This document shows positions 38,701 through 48,725 of a stretch of DNA of 64,000 nucleotides, in pieces; the stretch's first letter is position 1; the number at the start of each line of letters is the position of its first letter. Source of the DNA: a virus (Duplodnaviria; Caudoviricetes); the IMG/VR virus record IMGVR_UViG_2595698902_000001, positions 160,001 to 224,000 of that record, one strand, 5' to 3'. The notes under the pieces were generated by a model that saw only the letters and a list, made by a program, of their open reading frames with translations, searched no databases and was not told the origin of the DNA. Position numbers and translations under genes: made by a program.

Positions 38701-40084
38701 TATTAACGTTTACGCGTATTTCCTGATTAATGGTGAAACTACCCGTGAAATGGTTGGTATCTGGAACGTCATTCAGCCGGATTTGAAACCTGTTGTAACC
38801 CGTGCTTATTCCATTCACTGGACCGCGAAATCGTTCCTGTTCCTGCCTGCGAAATCCACACTTGCCACTGCTGCTAAGTCGGTATTTGCTAGCGCCCGGA
38901 CAATGCTGGCTGCGCTCGTTGAAATCCTCGTTGGTTCCAATAACAGCAAAGCTGTGCAGCTGGTGGAAATCCTGTTTGCGCGTGCGAATATCTCTACCGC
39001 TGCTTCGATGGAATCTGTTTTCACCAAAGCGTTGTCCGCCGCTTCCGATGCAATGGAATCTGTTTTCACCAAAGCGTTGTCCACCGCTTCCGATGCAATG
39101 GGATATGTTTTCACCAAAGCAAAAATTGCGCTGTCCAATCCGTTTAAGTGGGATTACACGCAAGCCAAAGTGGACAAGTTTAAGGCTGACAAATTCGTTG
39201 GCACAGCTGCCTACTACGGCACCTTTGATTCCACGAAAAACTTTGTGCAAACCAAAGATGGGGCTTCGTTTGTACTTCCTGAATACCTCGAAACCAAAGC
39301 CGGTTACGGGAATTATGACAACGCTACGTTTGAACAAAGTTCGGTTAATGACTCTGATTTCAAAATCACGGAGTCGGATCACACTACTGCATATTCAGCA
39401 TTCGACGGAACTGATTATGAGTATAACGACGTAGGAAAATCCACTGAATCCAGCGTTACATGGACTGCTATTCTCGGTTCTGGCTTTGCGCGTCTGTTTG
39501 AAGTCGGCACACTGGGCACAATTGCCTATAGCGTATTGAGCGGCGTTAAATACGAAAAAGGCGGTGGCGTTTCGCTCGATTGGTGGGCAATGCCTACCGG
39601 TACAGCAGCAATAACCAAAGCTGTTTACGGCATGTTTGGCGCCAACGGAATGGATAATGCGAAGTCCAAAATCTCGATGTTTGAGCAAGGGTCTATCGCA
39701 CGTAAATCGGAAAACTTTGATACGTTCCCGACTACACCACTTTGGTTGCAACGGCATAGCTCGACGTTCCAAGCGAAGACGGAAAAGACTCAGCAGCATT
39801 CGAGTATTTTCAACGTCAAGCCGATCTACACAACCAACAGTCACAAACTCGCAGCGCTCTATCCGTATTTGAAATCCGAATTGGTTGTTAAGGGCAATGC
39901 GCCTGCGCTGACCTACATGGGCTTCAATACGCGACAAGACGCGCTTGATTTCACAGAAAACTTCTACGGCGTTAGCGTACTTAATGCCTACAACGGATTC
40001 ATCTACAATCTAGACGTAGACCGTTCGTTCATTTGTGAAATTTCCTACGTTGGACCTATTTCCGGTTTAATGCAGGGCGGTTAA
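35783..40084 (+). CDS. Large fibre-like virion protein (discoidin-like N-terminus, Gly-rich domains, internal repeats)
   Basis: QDGNIATAWSS...LRIYEMEMF; VGAGGGG...GGDGVVIVYE; SQxSEQ repeats. Confidence 0.8.
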   Translation: MAKLIGTAQATSSFPDYGSGAAASVQDGNIATAWSSGTAYAATDIIAFVFPEAVKLRTLKVLFRSWARTIQIGYADAWSTSKAAYTIARTVDTHATASTTGDSTDANGKAWYAPAGPASSYDAANVIALPDNEVYAKVWALFAPNVASGLGGATGSVDRLRIYEMEMFDDDSLVSFERRPVNPRVPLPAPSAPYTAVPNSKWTRTEYSTVGQHSFTPKPDTTLVLAIAVGAGAAGFIETDVDGNSSPLTSSLFGGNTKVSNAAGPILEAGGGGDRSAPLLSWQGGTIVNDVNGSSSDWISGQDLLGNSAPSGAPSNFTNGTGGANSKIGGLGGTGGFTIPAGAMNGDLLSTTTFTGSAAIVGISVQSQVNFFRDVSYGYRSNGSVNAGAGSITFTPIKMVAGQKLVLNFTKVSNGATYAYMNGVQFGVVGGTSGGSFTFNCTVTGMYTLQYVQNGSSTGHFSAITSLSITSYGYGRSSGGGSGGAALAYLIPEPLTIDVGAGGTPLTSGYTIPANAAGARGGGGAAGGAGGDGVVIVYEYSGPLPSAVPPAPVFSNYNTAPGSTVAGTFRTDYLGERSTALYKDPTLYNHRLRPSTKTVLFVMVGAGGGGNLGASLNSPPTKVTIGDKQFIAESGTGGGNSGGAGGTFSSVPGDIVIMSSSGSGGMASYQGSTLPDQAVVAGRYGGATSNTSSSVSGGGTGAYAFAATQDLPEDGIIQIEVANTYPSNGFAYSNMGGAVFVYESESDFGPFISQLSEQTLIKSPTFSQTQTTQVSEQVLVKEKQTATQISQVSEQTFIRARWADTWISQLSEQVLIREDESNNPLQVSYADVAYVVDATDPETAVTQLSQQSLVRDKVADTWTTNSVQQILLKAFPATFRFTQVPQQVLIAENPSVFFMNFGTLENPRKHVLYDSRTARATSVPEGAVIQLEGNFAPGSYMVINGVNVGLSSPISNNDQVSLHSGVTNYYQKSINVYAYFLINGETTREMVGIWNVIQPDLKPVVTRAYSIHWTAKSFLFLPAKSTLATAAKSVFASARTMLAALVEILVGSNNSKAVQLVEILFARANISTAASMESVFTKALSAASDAMESVFTKALSTASDAMGYVFTKAKIALSNPFKWDYTQAKVDKFKADKFVGTAAYYGTFDSTKNFVQTKDGASFVLPEYLETKAGYGNYDNATFEQSSVNDSDFKITESDHTTAYSAFDGTDYEYNDVGKSTESSVTWTAILGSGFARLFEVGTLGTIAYSVLSGVKYEKGGGVSLDWWAMPTGTAAITKAVYGMFGANGMDNAKSKISMFEQGSIARKSENFDTFPTTPLWLQRHSSTFQAKTEKTQQHSSIFNVKPIYTTNSHKLAALYPYLKSELVVKGNAPALTYMGFNTRQDALDFTENFYGVSVLNAYNGFIYNLDVDRSFICEISYVGPISGLMQGG
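39008..39120 (+). repeat. 45-bp coding tandem repeat, about 2.5 copies
   Basis: ATGGAATCTGTTTTCACCAAAGCGTTGTCCRCCGCTTCCGATGCA twice plus a partial copy (MESVFTKALSxASDA). Confidence 0.9.
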
Positions 40085-40126
40085 TTCGTGATAATTTAAA
40101 CAAAATGGCCTTTCTTGGATGACACC

Positions 40127-40546
40127 ATGCTTATACCAAAGAAAAGGCTCAGCGAGGTAGGCAACCGAGTACGACAAAAGTTCAACTTTGTTACGACACT
40201 GTTGACACCGGGAGCACACGAAGACTTTGTATTGGAAAGCGGCGCGTCCGCAATCGTGCAACGTCTTCGTGTTTCTTCTCCGTGCGTGGTGGAATTTTTC
40301 GGGACCGAAGACCACAGCCCGATTATTGACCCCACGCCGTATCGGTTTAAAGCCGTAGCTGGGCACCTGATGGATGACGGCACAACGCAAATGTCGGATG
40401 GAACCGTCATTAAATCGCGACAATATTCCAACTTTATCAACCTTGAAGACCCAGTAAAACCACGGGTTTACGGGCGGATAACAAATACTCAGCCAGTGAA
40501 TGCAACCATTACACTGGACCTGCTTTTTCTGACTGTAGAGGATTAA
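40127..40546 (+). CDS. Hypothetical (probably structural) protein
   Basis: ATG at 40127, downstream of a TAATTTAA motif. Confidence 0.7.
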   Translation: MLIPKKRLSEVGNRVRQKFNFVTTLLTPGAHEDFVLESGASAIVQRLRVSSPCVVEFFGTEDHSPIIDPTPYRFKAVAGHLMDDGTTQMSDGTVIKSRQYSNFINLEDPVKPRVYGRITNTQPVNATITLDLLFLTVED

Positions 40547-40549
40547 AGA

Positions 40550-41740
40550 ATGGGCATTGCAATCATGAAAGAAAAGTTCACAACTGCGGGGGAAATCACC
40601 CTCGACATTGTGAACGCTATGATCGCGAATGGTTTTAAAGCGATTTTCCCTGTAGACGAAGGTGGGGTTTTCAAACCGCCTGTTGGTTCTGCAATTGATA
40701 AATGGATTTGCGTGCTGGAAGCAACCGGCGATGTTGACCCGCTGAATAAAACCGAGGTTGTTACTAAGCAACCTTGGCGCATTGCGTTTCAGGTTTATAA
40801 CAACGCCACTATGGGCATGTTTGCTGGTAGTGCGCAGGCGCTGAAAGATGACGGTACTTTGCCGTACACTACTGCAATTGTTCCAGTTGGTTCTCAGGGT
40901 ACGAAAACTACCAAAGTTATTGGCGCTCGCGGTATCATCGGCGACGACTACTCCCCGTATAAAGCTAGCACTACCGACCCAACCAACTACTTCACCGACC
41001 TAGATAAATTCCAGCCACACTGGAACCAAAAAACAGAAGGGTTTATCGACCGTCGTACTAAGGTTTGGGTAGACGCTATTTCCAGCCCGGCCTCCAGCGG
41101 CACTGAAACCCCGCCGGTTCAGCCGACCGATCCGCTGAAAGACGTATCGAACACTTACCCAATGTCGTACTATTTGGTAATTGGTCCGCATGGTTTCTTC
41201 CTGTCGGTTTGGCAGGGCGCCGCAACCAACATGAAAGGTACGGATTTCTCGTGGGTTCTGGTGCAACGCCCCGTTAAACGCGATACCGGCGCCGTTGTTA
41301 CCGAGGGCAAAGCCCCTGTATTCTGTGTTAACAGCGTTGGTAACGTTATTAACCGTTTTGTTGTACGCGAAGCCGACCTGTCGGACGCCAGTGCAATTAC
41401 TCTGGCAACCGAAGACACCAAAGACGGCACCGCGATTATCAACGACAAGAAACAAATCGGCGTTTCTGAAAATAACCAGTACATTGTAAACTATCCGTCG
41501 CGCCTCAACACCCCGCGCTACGCTTACACTTACGAACTGGATATGATCGGTTATGCGTCTGCTACCGTGGTTTCTGGCACTACCGAAATTCCACAAACGC
41601 TTTACGGCGAAAGCACCCCGCGTACCTACATCGGTATGCACTCCAACCTCGAAAACAACAACGGCATGCGCATTGTTGCCGTAAAGGTTGCTCCGGGTAT
41701 TGATAAGCTCGGTGGCCTGCTGGCTCCGCCTGCACCTTAA
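40550..41740 (+). CDS. Abundant virion structural protein, paralogue A
   Basis: Strong codon bias; shares QPWRI, QRPVxRDTG, KAPVFCV and PSRLNTxRYAYTYELDM with the next gene. Confidence 0.8.
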   Translation: MGIAIMKEKFTTAGEITLDIVNAMIANGFKAIFPVDEGGVFKPPVGSAIDKWICVLEATGDVDPLNKTEVVTKQPWRIAFQVYNNATMGMFAGSAQALKDDGTLPYTTAIVPVGSQGTKTTKVIGARGIIGDDYSPYKASTTDPTNYFTDLDKFQPHWNQKTEGFIDRRTKVWVDAISSPASSGTETPPVQPTDPLKDVSNTYPMSYYLVIGPHGFFLSVWQGAATNMKGTDFSWVLVQRPVKRDTGAVVTEGKAPVFCVNSVGNVINRFVVREADLSDASAITLATEDTKDGTAIINDKKQIGVSENNQYIVNYPSRLNTPRYAYTYELDMIGYASATVVSGTTEIPQTLYGESTPRTYIGMHSNLENNNGMRIVAVKVAPGIDKLGGLLAPPAP

Positions 41741-41771
41741 CTGATCGCCGAAGAAATAGAGGGTAAAACAA

Positions 41772-42848
41772 ATGGCAGTTTCTGGATTCTATGTTCGTCG
41801 CAGCGGTTATTCGCACGTTGGCGAACTCATGCTTGCTGTAATTAACGACCTGACAGCAAACGGGTTTTCTACTCGTTTTCCTGCTAACTGGGTTCCGCCT
41901 GTAGACCCAGCTGGCCGCGCAGCTTTTTCGGTTTTGCTGGAAGCTGGCGAAAAGGTCGATCCGTTGAATGAAACTTCGCTGCAAAATAAGCAGCCGTGGC
42001 GCATTCACATTCAGGTTTTTGACAAACACACCTGTGGCATTACTGCCGGTTCTCAGCAATCTCTGCGTACCGACGGCACCATGTCGTATACCACTACGGG
42101 CACCACTACCAAAACCCTGCAAGGTCCGCTCGGCGCAATGGGTGGTTACTACACCAAAAACAATAACAACCTCGCAACTTTCTGCCCGGATGATACAAAA
42201 CCTGCCGAAGGTTTTATTAACCGGAAATCGCGTGTAACTATCGGCACCAACGGCGCTACTGATTTGTCGGAATCTTTCCCGATGACCTACAGCCTGTCGA
42301 TCACTCCACGCGGTATTGTTTTCTGCGTGTGGGAAGACTTCCTGTCGGATAACAGCGCTGGTGCAATTTCGTGGTTCCTGATTCAACGTCCGGTAAACCG
42401 CGACACTGGCGCGGTAATCAAAGACGGTAAAGCTCCGGTCTTCTGCGTGTACGGAGCTAACGGCAAGATTAACCGTTTTGTTGTGCGTGAATCTGACGTG
42501 CTGCGTCCGTCCGAACCGGTAGACGCCACCAAAGACACCGATTACAACAACGCGATTATCAACGGTATGGAACAGGTAGCGATTTCGGAGGGCAACCGCT
42601 ATGTGGTTAGTTTCCCTTCGCGCCTGAATACCACGCGTTATGCCTATACCTACGAACTGGATATGCTGGGTTACACCTCGGCAGACGTGGTATCGGAAAA
42701 CACTGATATTCCGCTTCTGGTTTACGGCGAGAAAAACGCTGGCGTCGATGCTCCGCGCACCTACGTTTCGCTGATGGCTAACGGTCCGTCTAACACCGGT
42801 ATGCGTATTGCAGCACTCAAACTCGGCGGCGGGATTTCGCTGACTTAA
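41772..42848 (+). CDS. Abundant virion structural protein, paralogue B
   Basis: Tandem paralogue of 40550-41740. Confidence 0.8.
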   Translation: MAVSGFYVRRSGYSHVGELMLAVINDLTANGFSTRFPANWVPPVDPAGRAAFSVLLEAGEKVDPLNETSLQNKQPWRIHIQVFDKHTCGITAGSQQSLRTDGTMSYTTTGTTTKTLQGPLGAMGGYYTKNNNNLATFCPDDTKPAEGFINRKSRVTIGTNGATDLSESFPMTYSLSITPRGIVFCVWEDFLSDNSAGAISWFLIQRPVNRDTGAVIKDGKAPVFCVYGANGKINRFVVRESDVLRPSEPVDATKDTDYNNAIINGMEQVAISEGNRYVVSFPSRLNTTRYAYTYELDMLGYTSADVVSENTDIPLLVYGEKNAGVDAPRTYVSLMANGPSNTGMRIAALKLGGGISLT

Positions 42849-42871
42849 TACGGGGAAATAAAGCCCCTTTG

Positions 42872-42905
42872 AAGGGGACTCTTTGTAGTCCCCTTTCTTT
42901 TTTCT
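42872..42905 (+). terminator. Rho-independent terminator
   Basis: AAGGGGACT-CTTTGT-AGTCCCCTT followed by a T-tract. Confidence 0.8.
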
Positions 42906-42920
42906 TCTGGAGATTTTTAT

Positions 42921-44018
42921 ATGTCTCTTTTGCAACAAGATGGTTTCGACCACTACGGCACGACCGCGTTTCAATCTGCCACCGCTGTTGCGTCTATTCT
43001 GCTGGTTAGTGGCGGCTATATTCTGCCTACCGGTACATGCAGCGCCGCCACTACCTACGGTAAAAACACCGGTAGCCTTGGCGTTGGTTTGACCGCATCT
43101 ACTGCCGATTTGATCTGGCTGAAAAAAGCAGTAAAACCGCAGAAATGGTTTGCCGAAGGTGGCACCTACGATCCTGCAACAAAATCCACAATTGTTGCGG
43201 GCGCTGCCATTCGCTTCCCGATTAACCCGACTGGCCGTCTGCATTTCGCCAAGCTGGGCAATATCGACATTTTCCTCGGCACTGACTGGTATGTTTATGT
43301 CGGCGACGTTTCCACTGGCTACCAGTGCGAACTGAACATTTGGAACTTCGTTGAACTGGAAATCGATTATACCGCTGGCAAATTCCGCCTGTGGATGACC
43401 GATGCCAACGTGTTTGAAATGAATTTACCCGGTGATTTTGTTGCCGATTTTTGGGAACTTAAAGCTCGCTACGTTACCGGTTCTGGTTCGGGCGTTGTGG
43501 TACACGTTGACGATTTCTACATGATCGACGGTGCAGGCACTTACAATAACCAGCGCGTCGGGAAATCCTACACGCTGACCCGTATGCCAACCGCTGACGC
43601 TGAAATTCAAATGACGCCAAACACCGGCACAAACAACTACAGCCGGGTATCGGAAGTAACGCCAGATTTGGATAGTTCGTATGTGACTTCCTCGACTCCG
43701 GGCGCAACTGATTTTTACACAAACCTTACTGCATTCCCAACCGTGGACGAAGGCGCAGTGCGGGCTGTAACTATTGTGCCTTGCGTGCGAATGCTGGAAC
43801 CGGATTCCCTGTCTGTTACCGCTGTTGTAAAAGTCGGTACAGCTGTGTCGGAAGGCTACCGCATGAAATTGAAAGCGGCGACCTACACTTCCCAAGGCCA
43901 CATTTTTGAAGTGAACCCGCAAACCAACATGCCGTGGAGTCCTTCGGAAGTTCAGAACGCTAAATTCGGTCAGAAGATTCTGGCTAAAGCGCCTGCGCAA
44001 CCTCCGGTAACTCCGTAA
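42921..44018 (+). CDS. Virion structural protein with ConA/LamG-like N-domain
   Basis: DGFDHY...WNFVELEID...VDDFY. Confidence 0.7.
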   Translation: MSLLQQDGFDHYGTTAFQSATAVASILLVSGGYILPTGTCSAATTYGKNTGSLGVGLTASTADLIWLKKAVKPQKWFAEGGTYDPATKSTIVAGAAIRFPINPTGRLHFAKLGNIDIFLGTDWYVYVGDVSTGYQCELNIWNFVELEIDYTAGKFRLWMTDANVFEMNLPGDFVADFWELKARYVTGSGSGVVVHVDDFYMIDGAGTYNNQRVGKSYTLTRMPTADAEIQMTPNTGTNNYSRVSEVTPDLDSSYVTSSTPGATDFYTNLTAFPTVDEGAVRAVTIVPCVRMLEPDSLSVTAVVKVGTAVSEGYRMKLKAATYTSQGHIFEVNPQTNMPWSPSEVQNAKFGQKILAKAPAQPPVTP

Positions 44019-44034
44019 CAGTTAAGGAGCGAAA

Positions 44035-45417
44035 ATGGCAATTATTTTCGCAGACGATTTCCAACAATGGCCCGCTGCCCTCGGTAGCGGGTTCGTCGGT
44101 TCGTCTAGTCCGTTCTTAATCACGGAAATGTCAAACCTTCATCTGGTTTATCAGCGTGTCGAGGCAATGGGTTTTCATTTGCCTGCGCTCGGCTATAGCA
44201 GCAACGGCGGCGCGTGGAGTTATCCGACCGTCTACTACGATATCAACAAAAAATTGCTGCAAATCAGTGACTACCGACCGTCCCGCAATCAGTACGCATT
44301 TAGCGGTGCGTCTGGTCTGCGCAGAACAATTTCGTACAAAGGCGATAAACTGTACGCAAGTTTTGCACTGGAATTCGGCGGCGCGGCCACTGATAAAGGC
44401 GATTTCCTTTTGTTCGGCACAGTGCCTGCCGGGCCGAATGACTACACAGCATTCAACGCGGTTCCGCAGCCGTTTCTGTATGCGGTTGGCATTGACGCAA
44501 ACGGCTTCTACACGTTCAACGGTATTTCCACCGAGGCGCAGGCGTTTTATCGCCCTGCGTCTGTGCGCGCTTTTATCGACGTTGTTTTTGCTTCGGATTA
44601 CATGGAGCTTTGGGTTAACGACGTGATGGTTTCGCGACAAGATAGTCTCGGTATTATGCCAACTGAAATTGCGCTAACTATGGGCAAGATTGGTGGCACC
44701 AACGGAACTAGCGGCGTCGTTATTTGGGTGCATAGCTACATGCTTTCGGATAATTCCGGTGGCTTTGGTCAGCGTATGGGCCGCAAGGTCGTGAAAACCC
44801 AACAGGTCCAAGCGATAACTACCGACGCCACGGTTTCCGCGTCTCCGGCAAACTCTACCGCGCTTTCTGTAATTCGGAAATATGCGGATGATCCGGCGGC
44901 TTTGACCAGCACCAATATGATCGGCCATTTGACCTCAAGCGCTGGCTACACAAATATGGAATTTACCGTGCCTGCTTACACCGGAAATGGGAACGTATAT
45001 GCTGTGATTGTACATGCACAGTTTAAACGCCTTACTCCGTCCGGCGACGGTTTAGGATTGCGTCCATATGCTACGGTTTCCGGCACCAAAAAATGGGGCA
45101 ATGTCACGGCACCTAGCTCGACGTGGAAGCTGCACACATTGGAACTGGAAGCTGTACCAAAAGACACAACCACTTTTGGATTCCTGTACGACTATGCAGA
45201 CACTAACAAGCTGTATATTTCCGACGTGGAAAAAGTCGAAGTGTATGGCAACCCTGCGCCCGCACATAAACTATATTCGTATCTAGGACAGCCCACCTTT
45301 AATCTGACGGGCGCGGAGACTGCGACGTTCGATGCCTACGTGTTCGATTACGCGCGTAGCAATCTCAGCCTGACAAAAACAGATATTCAGAACATTTCGT
45401 TTATGCAAAATCAGTAA
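44035..45417 (+). CDS. Virion structural protein, distant paralogue of the previous gene
   Basis: FADDFQ start; ELWVND...QRMGRK parallels RLWMTD...QRVGKS. Confidence 0.7.
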   Translation: MAIIFADDFQQWPAALGSGFVGSSSPFLITEMSNLHLVYQRVEAMGFHLPALGYSSNGGAWSYPTVYYDINKKLLQISDYRPSRNQYAFSGASGLRRTISYKGDKLYASFALEFGGAATDKGDFLLFGTVPAGPNDYTAFNAVPQPFLYAVGIDANGFYTFNGISTEAQAFYRPASVRAFIDVVFASDYMELWVNDVMVSRQDSLGIMPTEIALTMGKIGGTNGTSGVVIWVHSYMLSDNSGGFGQRMGRKVVKTQQVQAITTDATVSASPANSTALSVIRKYADDPAALTSTNMIGHLTSSAGYTNMEFTVPAYTGNGNVYAVIVHAQFKRLTPSGDGLGLRPYATVSGTKKWGNVTAPSSTWKLHTLELEAVPKDTTTFGFLYDYADTNKLYISDVEKVEVYGNPAPAHKLYSYLGQPTFNLTGAETATFDAYVFDYARSNLSLTKTDIQNISFMQNQ

Positions 45418-45430
45418 GGAGTAGCCCGCT

Positions 45431-46822
45431 ATGGCTTTCGTTTCAATAGATAACCCTGCTGGAATCCTACACCATGGCGGGCAGATGGCGTGGGATGCTG
45501 TATCAGACGAGCGCGTTGTGATGATCACGTTCACAAAGAATTACAAAGCTCTGATTCAGGAAATCAACTTTGTTGCAGGGGCGCCCGTCGTGGGCGTTCC
45601 TTCTTTCATTGCGGATATTTCCAGCACGCCCGGCATCGCTGAAAGATTCCACCTGCGCCCAAAAGTCAAAGCCATTGCCGGAACAAACTACGTTTTTGCA
45701 ATGATTCCTTCTGCGTTTTTGCCAGCGTCTAGTTCTACGATCAAACTCACCGGTAGTACAGCGGCTCTAGCTTACATGGGTGCTGGGGCTGGCCGTATGT
45801 ATATGCCTTCTGTTTACACAGGTTATATTTTGGAACGCGCAGGAGACGGCACGTACAGCGTTAAATCCAGTGCGACTATAAATATGCCGGTCGGTGCCAT
45901 TTCCAGTGGTTCCTTTGGTGTTGGCGTATCTGTTTTTATCGAAGAGGCAACCGCCACCTCGATAAAAATCAAAATTCCCGGTTACATCAACTCGTATGAT
46001 AACCAATATCATCAGGTCACGACTGCAACCATTAACAACGGCGTCCTTTCTGCATTTACAAACGCGATTCAAGGTTTCGGCACCGGCCAGCGCCAGATCA
46101 TTTGGATGGTTTACGACGCAAAACGTGTACGTGACATAAAGGGGCGTTACAAAGATTTGCAGGTAACGGGCAGCGCTTTGCAGGCGCTCGAAACCACAGC
46201 AAACCGAACCGTAGTTACCGGTATGTATGACCCGACCGGTTATAAATTTACCTACATTTGCCGAAGAGACGCAGCCAGCACAAACGTTGGCGTAGGTGAT
46301 AACTACCACTACGGCGCCTCCATTGCCAACACAGTTTTGATCGACGGTGATATTAACGAAAAAGCGTATTATTCTGTCGGCCACAACGCAGCTGGACAGA
46401 ATGCGCTGCTCGCTTCGACGGCATTCAGCTATCTGGCTGGCGTGACTCCCGTTTATTCTCCGCTGGATACAGGCTTTGTTCACAGCTCCGGTACAGTTTG
46501 CGTAGTCGGAGGACAAACCGATCCTACTTATGCTAGTTATTTCGACATTGATTTGGCATACGCGATTGATTTCGCTGCGTCTGGCGGTTCGCCGGGTGCT
46601 GCTATTCCGTTGCGCTTGTCATTCCGGCAGATTACGGGCCTCGGCCACTATGCAGGCCCGTTCGATCCAATTCAAACGGGTTATCATTACAATCCATATC
46701 ACAACAATAATCAGATTTTGCACAAAGTAAGCGACTCGCAATTCTGGCTGATTGGTTGCTTTATGGATTCGCCGACCGCTGATCCAAAACTTGGCGTTAT
46801 TTCTGTAAGCCCTCCAGCCTAA
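45431..46822 (+). CDS. Virion structural protein
   Basis: RBS AAGGAG; beta-rich; within the structural operon. Confidence 0.7.
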   Translation: MAFVSIDNPAGILHHGGQMAWDAVSDERVVMITFTKNYKALIQEINFVAGAPVVGVPSFIADISSTPGIAERFHLRPKVKAIAGTNYVFAMIPSAFLPASSSTIKLTGSTAALAYMGAGAGRMYMPSVYTGYILERAGDGTYSVKSSATINMPVGAISSGSFGVGVSVFIEEATATSIKIKIPGYINSYDNQYHQVTTATINNGVLSAFTNAIQGFGTGQRQIIWMVYDAKRVRDIKGRYKDLQVTGSALQALETTANRTVVTGMYDPTGYKFTYICRRDAASTNVGVGDNYHYGASIANTVLIDGDINEKAYYSVGHNAAGQNALLASTAFSYLAGVTPVYSPLDTGFVHSSGTVCVVGGQTDPTYASYFDIDLAYAIDFAASGGSPGAAIPLRLSFRQITGLGHYAGPFDPIQTGYHYNPYHNNNQILHKVSDSQFWLIGCFMDSPTADPKLGVISVSPPA

Positions 46823-46833
46823 GTGAGGCATTC

Positions 46834-48714
46834 ATGCAGTTACTAAATACGATTGCAAAACCAAACTCGTTGGTCGCACACGCGCTAGACTACGTGGCGA
46901 TTTACAGCGATCCAAAAGTTAGCCTGTACAAAAAGCTGCCAGACACTAACGATTTGTCGCTTGTCACCGAATACACACTGGCTGGCGTAAAGCGGCTGGC
47001 GCTTTCTGACAACGGCCAAGTTTTAAGTGCGCAAACCGCAACGCAAACGCATAGGCTTTCCGTTGCTGGCGCCAGCCCATACGACGTTGTAGGTCAATTG
47101 GCTGTAGCTGATAGAAACTACACGGTTGTTTTAACGCCTACCGCTGTGCAGGTAATTCGTGAAACCGTTGTGAATATGAACACCACGCTAGGCACGGGCG
47201 ACCGTGTGGTTTGTGGTTTGAAAACCTTCGTGGTTTACAACAGTTCCCGCTCCATTTTGGGTTCCTATGACGCTGGTTTGCAGGCCCCGGTTTCGCCCGG
47301 ACGGACAATCAGTCATGTGGCGCACATAGGCGGGGATAAATTCGCGTATTTTTATTTGGATGGAACCGTGAGTGTCGGCGCTGCCGTGCGGGCCTCCGCT
47401 GCATTGATGGGGCACCGGGATTCCGGGCGGCATATCGTGGCCAACAACAATACGCACGAATATGCGTATATGAAAAATGCGCCACTCACGGCGCCCGTGC
47501 TGGTGCGGCCTTTCACCCCGCCACCAATTCCTAACGAAATGTTCTCGATTGTTTCGGAAAGTGCTGCTCCGACTTTCACAATTGAACGAACGATTGGCGC
47601 ATCCGTAGAAGACCCTCCGAGTCTCGGCGTTGCCTCTGTAATCATTGCGCATGGCGGACAGGATAACGTCAGATTCGTTTTGGATCAGCCGTTAAATCTG
47701 GCGTCCACCGATTGGACTCTGGAATGGTCGTCGCTGAATTTGTCTGGTGCAGACGGCAATTATTATGCGGAAATCGCATTGCTACCAACTACTGGAAATA
47801 ACGGACTTACTGCGCGCTGGGGTGATGGTGGATTCCAGAACCGTTTGCAGTTTGGCGGTCGCGTAGACTTGGCGTCCAACAACTACAACGTAAACCTGAC
47901 AAAAGCTGCGGTCGTTAACGTACTGAAAAAATACAGATTGGTAAAACAAGGCGTAAATGTCGAGGCTTACATAGACGACGTGCGCCAGAATTTTGCAGCT
48001 GGTACTGGCACCACCTACGACATGGCCACGTTCCCGCTCGATACCGATTTGTCTGCAATTAAACACATTGTTATCGGTGCCTTCGCTTGGGGCGGTTACG
48101 CGCTCGGTGCAATACGCGGCCCGGTTAAGCTAACACTGGCTGCCGTCCGACCGCCATTTAGCATGATTACTGACGGCACTTTGAATCCTTCGCTGACGCC
48201 AGTAGGATCGCCTGTAATTATCGGAAACGAAATCCAGTTTGGTTCTGGTAAGTATTTGTCGATGCCTGCCACTTCCGCGCCTACTCTGGGTACGAGCGAT
48301 TTCGAGATTTACGCCGAAGTTAACTTAGTTAGTTCTAACGCCGCAGCCGGGTCGTCACTGTTCCCAATTATTTATTGGGGCACATGGGCCGCACCGGGTC
48401 AGCCTATAAACTTTGAGTTTTACTACAACGACGACACAAACTCGTGGGGCTTTGCGAACGATTTTAGCACGTATGCTTTATTCCCTCACGACACGTCTAA
48501 ATCGGCATGGCACAAAGTTCGTCTTACCCGCATAGCTGGGGTTATGACGGTGACAGTTGATGACGTTGTAATTGGCACGCAAGCGTACCCGCATAACATT
48601 TCGTTTGACGCAAACGTTCCGCTGACTATCGGACGCCGCGCAGGCGGAACATCCGGTAACGTCGTTTGGTATGCAAACATGGCTATACGCGCACTGGATA
48701 TAAAATTTTTATAA
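46834..48714 (+). CDS. Putative receptor-binding protein with C-terminal ConA/LamG-like domains
   Basis: LGTSDFEIYAEV...WHKVRLTRIAGVMTVTVDD...LTIGR. Confidence 0.7.
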   Translation: MQLLNTIAKPNSLVAHALDYVAIYSDPKVSLYKKLPDTNDLSLVTEYTLAGVKRLALSDNGQVLSAQTATQTHRLSVAGASPYDVVGQLAVADRNYTVVLTPTAVQVIRETVVNMNTTLGTGDRVVCGLKTFVVYNSSRSILGSYDAGLQAPVSPGRTISHVAHIGGDKFAYFYLDGTVSVGAAVRASAALMGHRDSGRHIVANNNTHEYAYMKNAPLTAPVLVRPFTPPPIPNEMFSIVSESAAPTFTIERTIGASVEDPPSLGVASVIIAHGGQDNVRFVLDQPLNLASTDWTLEWSSLNLSGADGNYYAEIALLPTTGNNGLTARWGDGGFQNRLQFGGRVDLASNNYNVNLTKAAVVNVLKKYRLVKQGVNVEAYIDDVRQNFAAGTGTTYDMATFPLDTDLSAIKHIVIGAFAWGGYALGAIRGPVKLTLAAVRPPFSMITDGTLNPSLTPVGSPVIIGNEIQFGSGKYLSMPATSAPTLGTSDFEIYAEVNLVSSNAAAGSSLFPIIYWGTWAAPGQPINFEFYYNDDTNSWGFANDFSTYALFPHDTSKSAWHKVRLTRIAGVMTVTVDDVVIGTQAYPHNISFDANVPLTIGRRAGGTSGNVVWYANMAIRALDIKFL

Positions 48715-48725
48715 GGGATTAAGGC

